Part shown: positions 1 to 9,886 of the stretch, in pieces
Numbering within the stretch: the first letter of the stretch is position 1
Layout of the letters: every line of letters starts with the position of its first letter
Assembly (NCBI GenBank): GCA_964586695.1
Contig: CAZPGQ010000001.1
Coordinates: 5,350 to 69,349 of the forward strand
Origin: an uncultured Candidatus Saccharibacteria bacterium
GTDB taxonomy: Bacteria > Patescibacteriota > Minisyncoccia > Phycocordibacterales > DATDWN01
Reading direction: 5' to 3'
Length of the DNA: 64,000 nt
Position numbers and translations under genes: made by a program
Notes under the pieces: generated by a model
The model's input: only the letters and a program-made list of their open reading frames with translations
Database searches by the model: none
Told to the model about the DNA's origin: nothing

Positions 1-2678
1 TTGGAACAGGAGCCGCTCTAGCTACTGCTATAGGTGTTGGTGCTCATGCAATACCTCGACCAGATGGAACTTGGCTCATATTTAATGGTCAATCTGGTGC
101 GGCAGGTGTTAACACTACACAAATATATACAACTGGTGACGGAACAGCTACTGCCGGAGGATCAGAAGGATTAGGTGTTTCTGTTGCTGGTCCAGTTGGT
201 CCAATAACAGCATCTGGAGCAGTTTCATTCCAGAGAGATGACGGTAAGTTTGTTGTTATTGCTGGTGCTGCTACAACAACATCTGCAACAACTGTGGCTC
301 TTTATGATGCAGGATGGGTATCACAGGGTTACTATAGGTCAGAACAAATAGATATGACAGGCGAATTGGATTCAAACACTACTTTGGTTTGGAAGACAAA
401 TGGAATAAAGGGTATATCTGCCGAAGTGAAAACAGCAAAAACTCAAGCTGAATTGGGAACATCTTCACCAAGAGAAATACCTACATCTGGAGAAAATATT
501 CGTGCGTCAGATACTGATAACTGGTTGTCTATTATGTTTAACTTTAAACGAAGTATTCCTCAAGAGACAGGTATCTTCCAGGATGTGGTTTACTCAAATG
601 GTACGGGCAAACTCCGAATGCCGTATCTGCCAATAGATATGCCTGTTATGTATGAGTTTAAGGTTACAAAGGATAAAGATTTGTTGAACCTACAAGCTGA
701 TGGAATATCTATGTTCCGAGTGAATTCATCTGGAGATATATATGCTTCAACTGGTGCAACAATAAACACAAGTGGTGCTGACCTTGCAGAGCGATATACA
801 TCACAAGAGCCATTAGACTTTGGAGATGTTGTGATTATAGATCCTATGAACAACCATGCTGTAAAGAAATCTAAGTATCAGTATCAAACAGATATGGTTG
901 GAGTTGTTTCTACAGATCCTGGATTTGTTTCTGGAGCATACACAGAAAATTCATACCCAATCGGTTTGATCGGTCGTGTTCCTGTAAAGGTTTCAACAGA
1001 GAACGGAATCATCAGAGTTGGTGACTACCTAACTACATCATCTGTTCCTGGACACGCTATGAAGGCTACACTTTCTGGACGAGTTTTGGGTAAAGCATTG
1101 GAGTCAGTTGATCCTGCGAAACTAGTAGATTGTCCTGCAAGTGATTTGTATGTTCCTGGTCGAAAATGTACAACCATAATGATGTTCGTAAACTTGATAG
1201 ATTACGGAGGACAGTCAGTTGATAATGCAATGTCAGATTGGAAGACTCTTAAGACTGCAAAACTTGCACAAACAGCACTTGATTCAGGTCTAGAATTCGC
1301 ATCAACAACAAGTATTGCAACTTCTACAGTATTGGTACCATCTATGACATCACACGACACTGAAGTTCTAAACTTCCTAAGTGATCTTAAGGCTGAAAGA
1401 GCTACTGGTATGTCATCAATGTCAGAAATATTAACAGATAAAGTAAGTGCAATATCACAAATAATTTCTCCAGAAATAATTTCAAGAATTGTTAAATCAG
1501 AAGTTATCGATGGTCTAGAAGTTCGATCTGAGAAAGTAAATACAAAAGCTTTGACAACAGATACTATCTCTGGAAATGGCATGACAATGTCACTTGTAGA
1601 CGGTAAACTTGTTATCCGAGGAACAAAAGTTGTTAGAGCTACAATTTCAACAACTACAGATATAGTTGCAACTTCTACTCTAAGTTCAGAATTGGCAAAT
1701 GCACTATCTGCTCTAGAACTATCTTCTACAACAGAACTACTTGCAACTTCAACAGATATTACTGCATCTACAACAAACATTATTGCATCAACAACAGAGC
1801 CTCTAGCTTCTACAACACCTGTAACAGTTGTTGAAAATGAAGTTGTTGTAAGCTTTGATACAGAAGGAAATGCATACTTTGCAGGTGAAGTTGTTGCAAA
1901 CAAAGTTAGCGCCGGTGCTCTGGCTGTAACAGGAGTTGCAACATTCTCTGGAGGTCTAGAGGTTACATCTATTGGTTCTGCAAGTACAACAGTTGCAATG
2001 TTAAGTGACACAGAATTCTTTGGACGACCATACTTTACATCTGACACAGGAGGCACAGCGGTTGTAAAGAAAGACGCAAAAGAAGTAGAAGTCGTCTTTG
2101 ATAGAGAATATGTAGAGGCACCTATACTGTCTGCTTCTATGGCTTACTCAACATCAACTGACGAGGCAGAAATAGATGCAATGTTCAATGATGATGTTAG
2201 ATTTGTTGTGACAAAGAGAGATACAAAGGGCTTTACTATAAGACTAAACAAACCAGCAGGTCGAGATATTGTGTTCAACTGGATCGCTCTAGCAATAAAA
2301 GATTCAAAAGAGTTTACATCTAGAACTGTAGTGCCAAATGATCCAAATAATACCGCTACAACAACTCCATCTGTGATTGGTGGAACAGGCACAACAACAC
2401 CTGTAACTGGGGGAACTAGCATTTCTACAACAACTAGTGTAACTACTGCCGTTGGCACAACAACGAGTGTTGTGGATCCAAATATTGGAACTACTACACC
2501 AATTGTTATAGATCCAAATTCTATTAATCCAACTCCAGTTCCTCCGCCAACAACTGTTGAAGTCGTTCCCGTTGTAGAAACAACTCCTACTCCTGCAGTT
2601 GATACTACAGTAGCACCACCAGTTGAGACTCCTACAGAAGTTGTTGCTCCAGAACTTGCTCCTACCGCGACGCCATAA
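1..2678 (+). CDS. Large secreted/surface protein, 5' end outside window. Beta-rich N-terminal region, central Ala/Ser/Thr-rich repeat-like region, C-terminal Thr/Val/Pro-rich mucin-like low-complexity tail.
   Basis: The frame starting at nt 3 is open from the window edge (GTGAALATAIGVGAH...) and joins the listed ORF 294..2678. The last ~120 aa are TTTP/VTT/PxP low-complexity. No catalytic motif recognised. Confidence 0.55.
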   Translation, partial: GTGAALATAIGVGAHAIPRPDGTWLIFNGQSGAAGVNTTQIYTTGDGTATAGGSEGLGVSVAGPVGPITASGAVSFQRDDGKFVVIAGAATTTSATTVALYDAGWVSQGYYRSEQIDMTGELDSNTTLVWKTNGIKGISAEVKTAKTQAELGTSSPREIPTSGENIRASDTDNWLSIMFNFKRSIPQETGIFQDVVYSNGTGKLRMPYLPIDMPVMYEFKVTKDKDLLNLQADGISMFRVNSSGDIYASTGATINTSGADLAERYTSQEPLDFGDVVIIDPMNNHAVKKSKYQYQTDMVGVVSTDPGFVSGAYTENSYPIGLIGRVPVKVSTENGIIRVGDYLTTSSVPGHAMKATLSGRVLGKALESVDPAKLVDCPASDLYVPGRKCTTIMMFVNLIDYGGQSVDNAMSDWKTLKTAKLAQTALDSGLEFASTTSIATSTVLVPSMTSHDTEVLNFLSDLKAERATGMSSMSEILTDKVSAISQIISPEIISRIVKSEVIDGLEVRSEKVNTKALTTDTISGNGMTMSLVDGKLVIRGTKVVRATISTTTDIVATSTLSSELANALSALELSSTTELLATSTDITASTTNIIASTTEPLASTTPVTVVENEVVVSFDTEGNAYFAGEVVANKVSAGALAVTGVATFSGGLEVTSIGSASTTVAMLSDTEFFGRPYFTSDTGGTAVVKKDAKEVEVVFDREYVEAPILSASMAYSTSTDEAEIDAMFNDDVRFVVTKRDTKGFTIRLNKPAGRDIVFNWIALAIKDSKEFTSRTVVPNDPNNTATTTPSVIGGTGTTTPVTGGTSISTTTSVTTAVGTTTSVVDPNIGTTTPIVIDPNSINPTPVPPPTTVEVVPVVETTPTPAVDTTVAPPVETPTEVVAPELAPTATP

Positions 2679-2704
2679 ATTGTGATAATATTTTTAACAA
2701 TTAA

Positions 2705-3154
2705 TTGAAAAATATGGACGAATATACACAACCAAAGAAACGAATACTTAATCTTAGTAATGCAGGTCTAATTGTAATTATAGTTTTAGCTATACTTTTT
2801 CTTGCGACACTTGGTACTACATATTACTTTTACCAAAAATCTCATTCAGTAGTAGTTAAGGATCCACAAAAAGAACTTGAGCAAACTATAAAAATGGTTA
2901 GCAAACATCTAGTATTGCCATCAAGTGAAATTCCAACCATGGCTACAGTTTCTGATCCAGAAAAACTCAAAGACCAACCTTTCTTTGCGAATGCAAAAAA
3001 AGGGGATAAAGTTTTGATTTACGCTAATTCACAGAAAGCTATTTTGTACGATCCAGAAGCTGATAGGATAGTTGAGGTTGCTCCAATAAATTCAACAACA
3101 GCAAACCAGGCACAAAACGCTCCTGTTGTTCAAACTACTACAACGAATAGATAA
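2705..3154 (+). CDS. Hypothetical single-pass membrane protein
   Basis: ORF with an N-terminal hydrophobic helix (LIVIIVLAILFLATLG). Its stop abuts the next start. No recognisable domain. Confidence 0.45.
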   Translation: MKNMDEYTQPKKRILNLSNAGLIVIIVLAILFLATLGTTYYFYQKSHSVVVKDPQKELEQTIKMVSKHLVLPSSEIPTMATVSDPEKLKDQPFFANAKKGDKVLIYANSQKAILYDPEADRIVEVAPINSTTANQAQNAPVVQTTTTNR

Positions 3155-3155
3155 T

Positions 3156-4145
3156 ATGAATTTTTTCAAGGTAATAAAAAATTGTATAGTACCGACTTTT
3201 CTAGGATGTTTTTTGGGTTTTTCTGTGTGCTGGCTTCTTTTTGCCTCTCAGAATTTTTCTAATTCTTGCGGAACCAAATTAAAGTTCATTAAACCTAATT
3301 TGGATTGTGAGCAGGCTGATGATAAATTTAATACACTAGAATCACTTAAAAGTAAGTTAGAGGTATCTATTGAGGGTTTTAAAAAAACAGGAAAAGCAAA
3401 AAGAATTAGTGTATTTGTTAGAGACTTAAACACGAGTAAATTCGTTGGTATTCATGATGGAGAAATTTATTATATGGCGAGTTTACTAAAGACGCCTTTG
3501 CTTATAGGTGGATTTAAATTAGCAGAGGTTGAGCCAAAAATATTAGATCAAGCCTTGATTTATAATGGAGTGCCTGATTTGTATGAAGATCAAATCATAA
3601 GTGTCTCGAATAAACTTAAAAAAGGGGAGACTTATACAATAAAAGAATTAATGAATAGGGCTGTCATTTATTCTGACAATACAGCCGCACAGATACTTCT
3701 AGACTATTTTCCTGAAGGATTTTTGGATAGGATAATGCAAGCTTTAGGTGTTCAGATTGTTAAACCAACTGGTGAGGTTGAGGACTTTGTTACTGCAAGA
3801 ACTTACGCCAATATCTTTAGAGTGTTATATAATTCTTCTTACCTAACTAGAGAATATTCCAATCAAGCTTTAGATATTTTAACAAAAACAGAATTTAAAG
3901 ATGGCATTACTGCAAAGCTACCCAAGGACTTAGTAGTTGCCCACAAATTTGCTGAAAGAACATTAGTTTATGGAGACAATAGTGTTGCTTTAGAACAAAT
4001 ACATGAGTGTGGACTAGTCTATTCTAAGGACTTCAAAGACTCATATATACTATGTGTCCTGACTGAAGGGGATTCTTATGATGACCTTAAATATGTATTG
4101 TCTGAGATTTCTTTATCTGTTTATCATGAAATGATTGAAGATTAG
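3156..4145 (+). CDS. Class A beta-lactamase-like / penicillin-binding-type serine hydrolase with an N-terminal membrane anchor
   Basis: SxxK motif (MASLLK) and SDN motif (YSDNTAAQILL) in the spacing expected for class A beta-lactamase/PBP-like folds. A clear KTG motif was not found. Start moved to the ATG at 3156, just after the upstream stop. Confidence 0.5.
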   Translation: MNFFKVIKNCIVPTFLGCFLGFSVCWLLFASQNFSNSCGTKLKFIKPNLDCEQADDKFNTLESLKSKLEVSIEGFKKTGKAKRISVFVRDLNTSKFVGIHDGEIYYMASLLKTPLLIGGFKLAEVEPKILDQALIYNGVPDLYEDQIISVSNKLKKGETYTIKELMNRAVIYSDNTAAQILLDYFPEGFLDRIMQALGVQIVKPTGEVEDFVTARTYANIFRVLYNSSYLTREYSNQALDILTKTEFKDGITAKLPKDLVVAHKFAERTLVYGDNSVALEQIHECGLVYSKDFKDSYILCVLTEGDSYDDLKYVLSEISLSVYHEMIED

Positions 4146-4149
4146 AACT

Positions 4150-4178
4150 TTGCAAAATACATTCATTTGTGGTATAAT
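4150..4178 (+). promoter_or_regulatory. Sigma70-like promoter for RNase P RNA: TTGCAA, 17 nt spacer, TATAAT
   Basis: TTGCAA at 4150-4155 and TATAAT at 4173-4178, with 17-nt spacing, directly upstream of the rnpB P1 helix. Confidence 0.5.
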
Positions 4179-4183
4179 AGCAT

Positions 4184-4528
4184 GGTTATGTTGGATAGTT
4201 GCTCCTGTGAAAGCGGGGGAGGAAAGTCCGAACATTGGTCTGTCCTAGAGACGGAAAGAGTAGCGGGTAACGCCCGTCTAGGGTAACCTAAGAGATGCGA
4301 GCAGTGACGCCAAAGGCGAAAGCCAGAGGGCTCCGCAAGGAGTAATCCAGTAGTAATACTGGGGTGAAACGGCAAAATTCTTACTTCAATGCAAGGCCGT
4401 ATCGAGAATCACGAAAGTGATATATCGGGGTGCCGCTTGATCACTACGGCAACGTAGATGACAGATAAATGACTATCGTCCAAAACTACTTTAGTTTTGG
4501 ATACAGAATTCGGCTTATAGACATAACC
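4184..4528 (+). ncRNA. rnpB: RNase P RNA (bacterial type A)
   Basis: Conserved P4 strands GAGGAAAGTCCG (5' side) and ACAGAATTCGGCTTA (3' side), the GGGGTGAAACGG motif, and a P1 helix closed by GGTTATGT at 4184 pairing with ACATAACC at 4521-4528. It sits in a gap with no coding potential. Confidence 0.85.
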
Positions 4529-4538
4529 AAAACGAAAA

Positions 4539-4566
4539 CCACGTCCTAACCGGGCGTGGTTTTCTC
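4539..4566 (+). terminator. Rho-independent terminator after rnpB
   Basis: Hairpin CCACGTCC-TAACC-GGGCGTGG followed by TTTTCTC. Confidence 0.55.
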
Positions 4567-4604
4567 GCTATGTTTAAGACTTGTTTTTTTATATAATAAG
4601 CAGA

Positions 4605-6740
4605 ATGACAAACGTATTCAAAAGATTTTTTTTAGTGCTAACTCTGTCATTTTTCCTCTATGCTCCAACTTTTGGTGCAACTATTTCTAGACCCATGAGT
4701 AATTCGGGACTGGTGGGGTATTGGAATTTTGAAGAAGGGGCTCCAAATGGCTTTGCAAATGATAGAAGTGGTTTTGGTAACAACGGAACGCTTGTAAATA
4801 TGAATACGACAACATCTTGGACAGGTAGTGCGACAAGTTCTGGTCAAGCGCTGGATTTTGATAGCAATGATGATTATATAGATGTTGGCTCAGGAAGTAA
4901 TTTAGATAACCTTGGTCCAATGACTGTTTCTGCTTGGTACTATGCTAGGAGTGAAGGAGAAAACTCCAGAGGTGGAATATTTAATAAAGGTGATGGTGAT
5001 GGAGTTGGTACTAATGGGCCAGAATTTGAATTTGGATCTACGGGTTTCGATGGTAGCGATAGGACAAACGCCTTTGCATTTGGCGTTGGTTTTTCTGGCG
5101 GGGCACTTCATAGAATAGCTTCAAACAATACAGTTACTTTAAATAAATGGCAGTTTGTTACACTTACTTGGGACGGAACAACTTCATCTTCTGGTGTTCA
5201 TATTTATATTGATGGAGTTGAGGTTTCTTATCAAAAAAGCCAAGATGGTATCGGCTCGTTAAATGATGATAGCGGAACAAATATGTCTATAGGTATTGGT
5301 AGTTTTGGCGCTCAATCAAATAGTTGGGACGGAAAACTTGATGAAGTTAGAATATATAATAGAGCACTATCTTTTGACGAAGTTCAAAGGTTGTATAAAA
5401 TTCAGAAGCCTCGAGTGGTGGGCGGGGTTACAAACAGAGGACTTTCTGCTTACTGGGCATTTGAAGAGAATACAGGCACAAGGGCTGAGGATTCTAGTTT
5501 AAATAACAATACTGGCACACTCACAAGCGGGCCAACTTGGGTCAGTGGTAAAAATGGAAAAGCCCTATTTTTTGATGGGGTTGATGATTATGTTTCTATT
5601 CCAAATGCATCAGCAGTTGCACCTCCGAATGCTATAACTATTTCTGCTTGGGTGAAGGCCACAACCACAACAGCTACTCAAAGTATTATTGATGACGATA
5701 ATGGTGGATCAATCGGTTATTTTTTGAGAATCACCTCTTCTGGAAAACTCAATGGAAGAATCACTGCCACAACTATAACTGGAAATACTACGCTACAACC
5801 AAATACTTGGTATCATGTGGCATTAATTTATGATGGAGCAAATGTTTATGTTTATCTAAATGGAATTTCAGACGCAACTCCTGTGGCTAGAACTGGAACT
5901 ATAACATACAGTGGAGCATCTAAAGCTATAGGAAAGAGACCTGCAGGAGGCGCTCAATTTAATGGAACTATAGATGAGTTTCGTATGTACGACAGGGGCT
6001 TATCTGCAAGTGAGGTTTATGCTTTGTACAAAGGTAGTGTGGCTACTGTAGTCAATAAGTCAAAAACAAACAGACTAACAAACGGTCTTGTTGGTTATTG
6101 GACATTTGATGGGAATAAAATCGCAGGAGTAACGGCGTATGATTCTGGTAGTGGGGGGAATAATGGAGCAATAACAAACGGTCCGATGCCTGGTATTGGT
6201 ATGGTAGGTCAGGGTCTAAGTTTTGATGGTGTGGATGATTGTGTAATAATAGCTAACTCAGCATCTATACAAAACCTTGGACCGATGACTGTGTCATTTT
6301 GGTCAAAATTTAGCACTACAACTGCCGCAGGTATTCCTGTGGGAAAAAGAGACGGCTCTAATACGGGAGCATGGTTTATTGCTTTTTCGGGATCAAGTAG
6401 GAATATTAATTTTACTAAAAGGTTGGGTGTTACTAGGGCAACATCCAACAGTACATTGTTGTTATATGAGTGGGCGCATATAGTTGTAACGTGGGACGGG
6501 TCAAATAATGGATCTGGTATTAATATTTATCAAAATGGGACTGAATTGTCATACCAAACTACTGTTAATGGTACTGCTGCAGACGATAGTACGAACAATT
6601 TGGGGATTGGCGCTGGTTTAAGTAGTGGAGCATGTTCCAGTGCGATTAGCCCATTTGCTGGCTTGATTGACGACGTGCGTTTGTACAACCGTGTCATAAC
6701 CCAAGACGAAATAAAAGCTTTATATAATATGGGGAGGTAG
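4605..6740 (+). CDS. Secreted protein with three LamG / concanavalin-A-like lectin domains
   Basis: Signal peptide MTNVFKRFFLVLTLSFFLYAPTFGA. A module recurs three times: GLVGYWNFEEG...ALDFDGxDDYV...DEVRIYNRALSxDEV, then GLSAYWAFEENTG..., then GLVGYWTFDGN.... This matches the Laminin_G_3 signature. A TATAAT box 7 nt upstream of the ATG at 4605 suggests a leaderless or very short leader. The track start at 4581 is a TTG codon. Confidence 0.65.
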   Translation: MTNVFKRFFLVLTLSFFLYAPTFGATISRPMSNSGLVGYWNFEEGAPNGFANDRSGFGNNGTLVNMNTTTSWTGSATSSGQALDFDSNDDYIDVGSGSNLDNLGPMTVSAWYYARSEGENSRGGIFNKGDGDGVGTNGPEFEFGSTGFDGSDRTNAFAFGVGFSGGALHRIASNNTVTLNKWQFVTLTWDGTTSSSGVHIYIDGVEVSYQKSQDGIGSLNDDSGTNMSIGIGSFGAQSNSWDGKLDEVRIYNRALSFDEVQRLYKIQKPRVVGGVTNRGLSAYWAFEENTGTRAEDSSLNNNTGTLTSGPTWVSGKNGKALFFDGVDDYVSIPNASAVAPPNAITISAWVKATTTTATQSIIDDDNGGSIGYFLRITSSGKLNGRITATTITGNTTLQPNTWYHVALIYDGANVYVYLNGISDATPVARTGTITYSGASKAIGKRPAGGAQFNGTIDEFRMYDRGLSASEVYALYKGSVATVVNKSKTNRLTNGLVGYWTFDGNKIAGVTAYDSGSGGNNGAITNGPMPGIGMVGQGLSFDGVDDCVIIANSASIQNLGPMTVSFWSKFSTTTAAGIPVGKRDGSNTGAWFIAFSGSSRNINFTKRLGVTRATSNSTLLLYEWAHIVVTWDGSNNGSGINIYQNGTELSYQTTVNGTAADDSTNNLGIGAGLSSGACSSAISPFAGLIDDVRLYNRVITQDEIKALYNMGR

Positions 6741-6741
6741 T

Positions 6742-7326
6742 ATGAAAAAAATTATTTATATATTTTTAATACTTCTATTATTAACGGCAGTTTTTTTTGC
6801 TTTTAAAAATAAAAATACAGGTCAAATAAATTTTGAAAATAATATAGATCCATTTTTTGAAAACAGTAATTCTATGGAGGTTTTGGATCCAGATATCAAA
6901 AAGGTAAATGACACTTTTAATACCTATTTTCATAAAAAGTATAGTTTTTCTTTTGATTATCTTTCAATATATAAAACTTCAAACTTTATAGAAGGGGATG
7001 GAGAACAGATCCATTTTCAAGCCGATAACGGTGATTGGTTCCAGATATATGTAACCCCATGGGACGAAGGAAGTATAATAACTCCAGAAAGGATTAGAAA
7101 AGATTTACCAAATATTGTTATAAAGGAACCACAACAGGTAGTGCTAGGCCCCAAACAAAAAGATGGGGTTGGTCCTCAAGCTTTAATATTCCTTTCTAAG
7201 GACGGAACATCTATTGAGACTCGTGAAATTTGGTTTGTAGAAAGGGGTTATCTATTTCAGATTACTACATTCAAAAGATTGGATCCTGTAATCGGCAATA
7301 TTCTTTCTACCTTAGTTTTTAAATAA
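6742..7326 (+). CDS. Hypothetical secreted/membrane-anchored protein
   Basis: GGAGG RBS 6 nt upstream. N-terminal hydrophobic segment (IIYIFLILLLLTAVFFAF). Its start overlaps the stop of the LamG gene. Confidence 0.5.
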   Translation: MKKIIYIFLILLLLTAVFFAFKNKNTGQINFENNIDPFFENSNSMEVLDPDIKKVNDTFNTYFHKKYSFSFDYLSIYKTSNFIEGDGEQIHFQADNGDWFQIYVTPWDEGSIITPERIRKDLPNIVIKEPQQVVLGPKQKDGVGPQALIFLSKDGTSIETREIWFVERGYLFQITTFKRLDPVIGNILSTLVFK

Positions 7327-7417
7327 AAACGAACTTTTTTGTTTGGTATTATCGTCATTTTTTTATATAATAAATAGCGCATTTAATTATTAATGAGTTA
7401 AAAATTAAATAAAAAAT

Positions 7418-9820
7418 ATGATGGAAAATAATAGTGTGGAGGTCGGCATGAGTGTCGAACCAAAGCATTCAATGTTCGATAGGGTTTCTTTGTGTATTTT
7501 GTTGGCAGTAACAGCATTAGCCCCTATGTTCTTTGTGCCAGTTTCGTTTATATCAGCACAGTTTGGTACAAGTCTGTTATTTGGTTTTGGGGTCATCGCT
7601 TCAATTTTAATTTATCTTATTTCAGGGATTGTTCTTGGTAGTATAGATTTGCCGAATCCTAGTCGGTATGTAGTTGGCTTTAGTGTGGTTGTTCCTCTTG
7701 TATATATATTAGCTGGTGTATCAAATGGTTTTTCCAGAATGGCATTTTTTGGTTATACATTTGATCAGAGTACTGTGGGTTTTGTTGTGCTCGGTTTTGT
7801 TTATATGTTCTTGGTTTCTATTATTCTTAAGGATAAGATTAGACTTATATATGGTCAGTATGCCTTTGTTTTTTCTGGATTAGTTCTATCTCTTTGGCTT
7901 ATGGCTAGGCTCGCTTTCGGGGTAAACTTTTTAGCATTTGGTTTGTTTACAAATATAACATCTACAGTTTTAGGAACGTGGAATAGTGTGGCGATATTCT
8001 TTGGTATTTCTTCTATACTATCTTTGATCGGTTGTCAGTTGATAAAGGGGAGTAAGCTTCTAAAGGGTTTGTTTTTATTGGGACTAGTTGTTTCTCTGTT
8101 TTTTGTTGCATTGGTTAACTTTTCTACAGTCTGGATGGTATTGGGTGTAGTATCATTTCTTTATATTCTATACAGCCTTTTTACAGTAGATCTGCTTGGA
8201 GGTATGCCAATGACTTGGGTTGCTCGATTGAAAAAACTTCCAGCTTATCCAACCATAATAATGGTGATTTCTGTTGTTTTTGTTATTTGGGGTTCAACTT
8301 TGGGTGCAAGCTTGAGTAATAAATTTAAAATTTCTAATGTTGAAGTTAGGCCAAACTTGTCTGTGACTATGGAGATTGCTAGAGAGACAATTAAAGCAAA
8401 ACCGCTTTTTGGTTCTGGTCCAAACACATTCGTAACACAATGGGTAACATACAGACCTGCAGATATTATTACTACAGTATTTTGGAATACAGACTTTACA
8501 AACGGCATAGGTCTTATTCCAACTTTTGCGGTAACAACTGGTGTAGTGGGAATGCTATCTTGGTTGTTGTTTTTTGGGTTCTATTTATATGTTGGAGTGA
8601 AGTCATTGTTTGTGAGACTCGATGATTCGTTTATGAAGTATCTTTTGGCTTCCTCTTTCTTCGTGTCATTGTATCTTTGGATTTTGACATTTGCTTATGT
8701 CCCAAGTCCCGCGATATTTATTCTAACTTTCTTTTTTACTGGATTATTCTTTGCTTCTATATATGTTGCGGGGATTATTCCAGTTATTCCAAAGAAGTTT
8801 TCTGCTAATCCACGAACTGGTTTCATTTCTTCTTTGATCATAGTGGTTTTCTTTGTTGGTGGGGTAGCGTTGGGCTACGGACTTTTTGGAAATTCCTTAT
8901 CATTGTGGTATTTCCAGAAAAGTTCATTTGCTCTTAATACAACAAAGGACTCAAAGCTTTCAGAGGAGTATATGTTAAAGGCAATAGATACTGTTCCTAG
9001 TGATGTTTATTATCGAGCTCTTTCCGATATTGAACTATTTAGGTTGAATGAAGTTCTTTCTCAAGATGCAAAGAAGGTGACTCAAGAGGAAGTTAAAAAA
9101 CAATTTAATGATATTCTTACAAAAGCTATAACCGCAAGTAAAAATGCAGTAGAAGCAGATAAAACAAATTATCTGAATCATATTTCTTTGGGTAAAGTTT
9201 ATGAAGCGGTTTCTGTGCCTCAGTTGAACATACAGGGTGCATATGAAAGTGCAGGCCTAGCTTATCAAGAAGCTTTGAGGCTTAATCCAAAAAACCCAGG
9301 AATACTGATGTTGTTCGCTAGACTTGCTATAAATAAAAATGATTTGAAACTTGCAGAATCGTTTGCTCTTCAGGCTATACAGCTTAAGAATAATTATCTA
9401 GATGCTTACTATATACTTTCACAAATAGAAGTGGCTACACAAAATATTCAGGGTGCAATAAGGTCTGTTACTGCAGCATCTGTTATTGATCCAACAAATC
9501 CAGCTGTATTCTTCCAGCTTGGACTCTTGAAGTATAATGTCGGTGACTGGGTTGGCGCCATTGAATCTCTGGAGAAAGCTGTCTCCATGACACCCGACTA
9601 TGCAAACGCAAAATATTTCCTTGGGTTAGCGTATGAGATTACAAATCAACACGACAAAGCAGTAAAACAGTTTCAAGATTTGGCAAAAACAAATCCTGAC
9701 AACAAGGAAGTCCAAGATATTTTGGCTAACTTGATTGAAGGAAAACCTATATTTAAATCTCCTGCAGAATCAAAGCCGGAGAAGGGAAGCGATCTGCCAG
9801 TTAAAGAAAAAACAAACTAA
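7418..9820 (+). CDS. Polytopic membrane protein (about 12 TM, O-antigen ligase/polymerase-like) fused to C-terminal TPR repeats
   Basis: The N-terminal ~430 aa are mostly hydrophobic helices. The C-terminal ~300 aa carry repeated TPR-like helical pairs (AYESAGLAYQEALRLNPKNP, AKYFLGLAYEITNQHDKAVKQF, and others). Confidence 0.5.
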   Translation: MMENNSVEVGMSVEPKHSMFDRVSLCILLAVTALAPMFFVPVSFISAQFGTSLLFGFGVIASILIYLISGIVLGSIDLPNPSRYVVGFSVVVPLVYILAGVSNGFSRMAFFGYTFDQSTVGFVVLGFVYMFLVSIILKDKIRLIYGQYAFVFSGLVLSLWLMARLAFGVNFLAFGLFTNITSTVLGTWNSVAIFFGISSILSLIGCQLIKGSKLLKGLFLLGLVVSLFFVALVNFSTVWMVLGVVSFLYILYSLFTVDLLGGMPMTWVARLKKLPAYPTIIMVISVVFVIWGSTLGASLSNKFKISNVEVRPNLSVTMEIARETIKAKPLFGSGPNTFVTQWVTYRPADIITTVFWNTDFTNGIGLIPTFAVTTGVVGMLSWLLFFGFYLYVGVKSLFVRLDDSFMKYLLASSFFVSLYLWILTFAYVPSPAIFILTFFFTGLFFASIYVAGIIPVIPKKFSANPRTGFISSLIIVVFFVGGVALGYGLFGNSLSLWYFQKSSFALNTTKDSKLSEEYMLKAIDTVPSDVYYRALSDIELFRLNEVLSQDAKKVTQEEVKKQFNDILTKAITASKNAVEADKTNYLNHISLGKVYEAVSVPQLNIQGAYESAGLAYQEALRLNPKNPGILMLFARLAINKNDLKLAESFALQAIQLKNNYLDAYYILSQIEVATQNIQGAIRSVTAASVIDPTNPAVFFQLGLLKYNVGDWVGAIESLEKAVSMTPDYANAKYFLGLAYEITNQHDKAVKQFQDLAKTNPDNKEVQDILANLIEGKPIFKSPAESKPEKGSDLPVKEKTN

Positions 9821-9833
9821 TAAGAAAAATAAA

Positions 9834-9860
9834 CCTGAGCAAAACTCAGGTTTATTTTTT
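9834..9860 (+). terminator. Rho-independent terminator
   Basis: Hairpin CCTGAG-CAAAA-CTCAGG followed by TTTATTTTTT. Confidence 0.55.
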
Positions 9861-9886
9861 GTCATAAATCTGCCATAATATGGCTA

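Noticed and set aside
590-2731. Minus-strand ORFs 590-853, 1202-2056 and 2144-2731
   Set aside because: They are antisense to the large surface-protein gene. The Thr/Ser/Val-rich repeats of that gene keep the opposite strand open by chance.
4163-4375. 70-aa minus-strand ORF
   Set aside because: Lies entirely inside the RNase P RNA gene.
7405-7596. 63-aa minus-strand ORF at the start of the membrane-TPR gene
   Set aside because: Antisense overlap with a well-supported long ORF. No signals.
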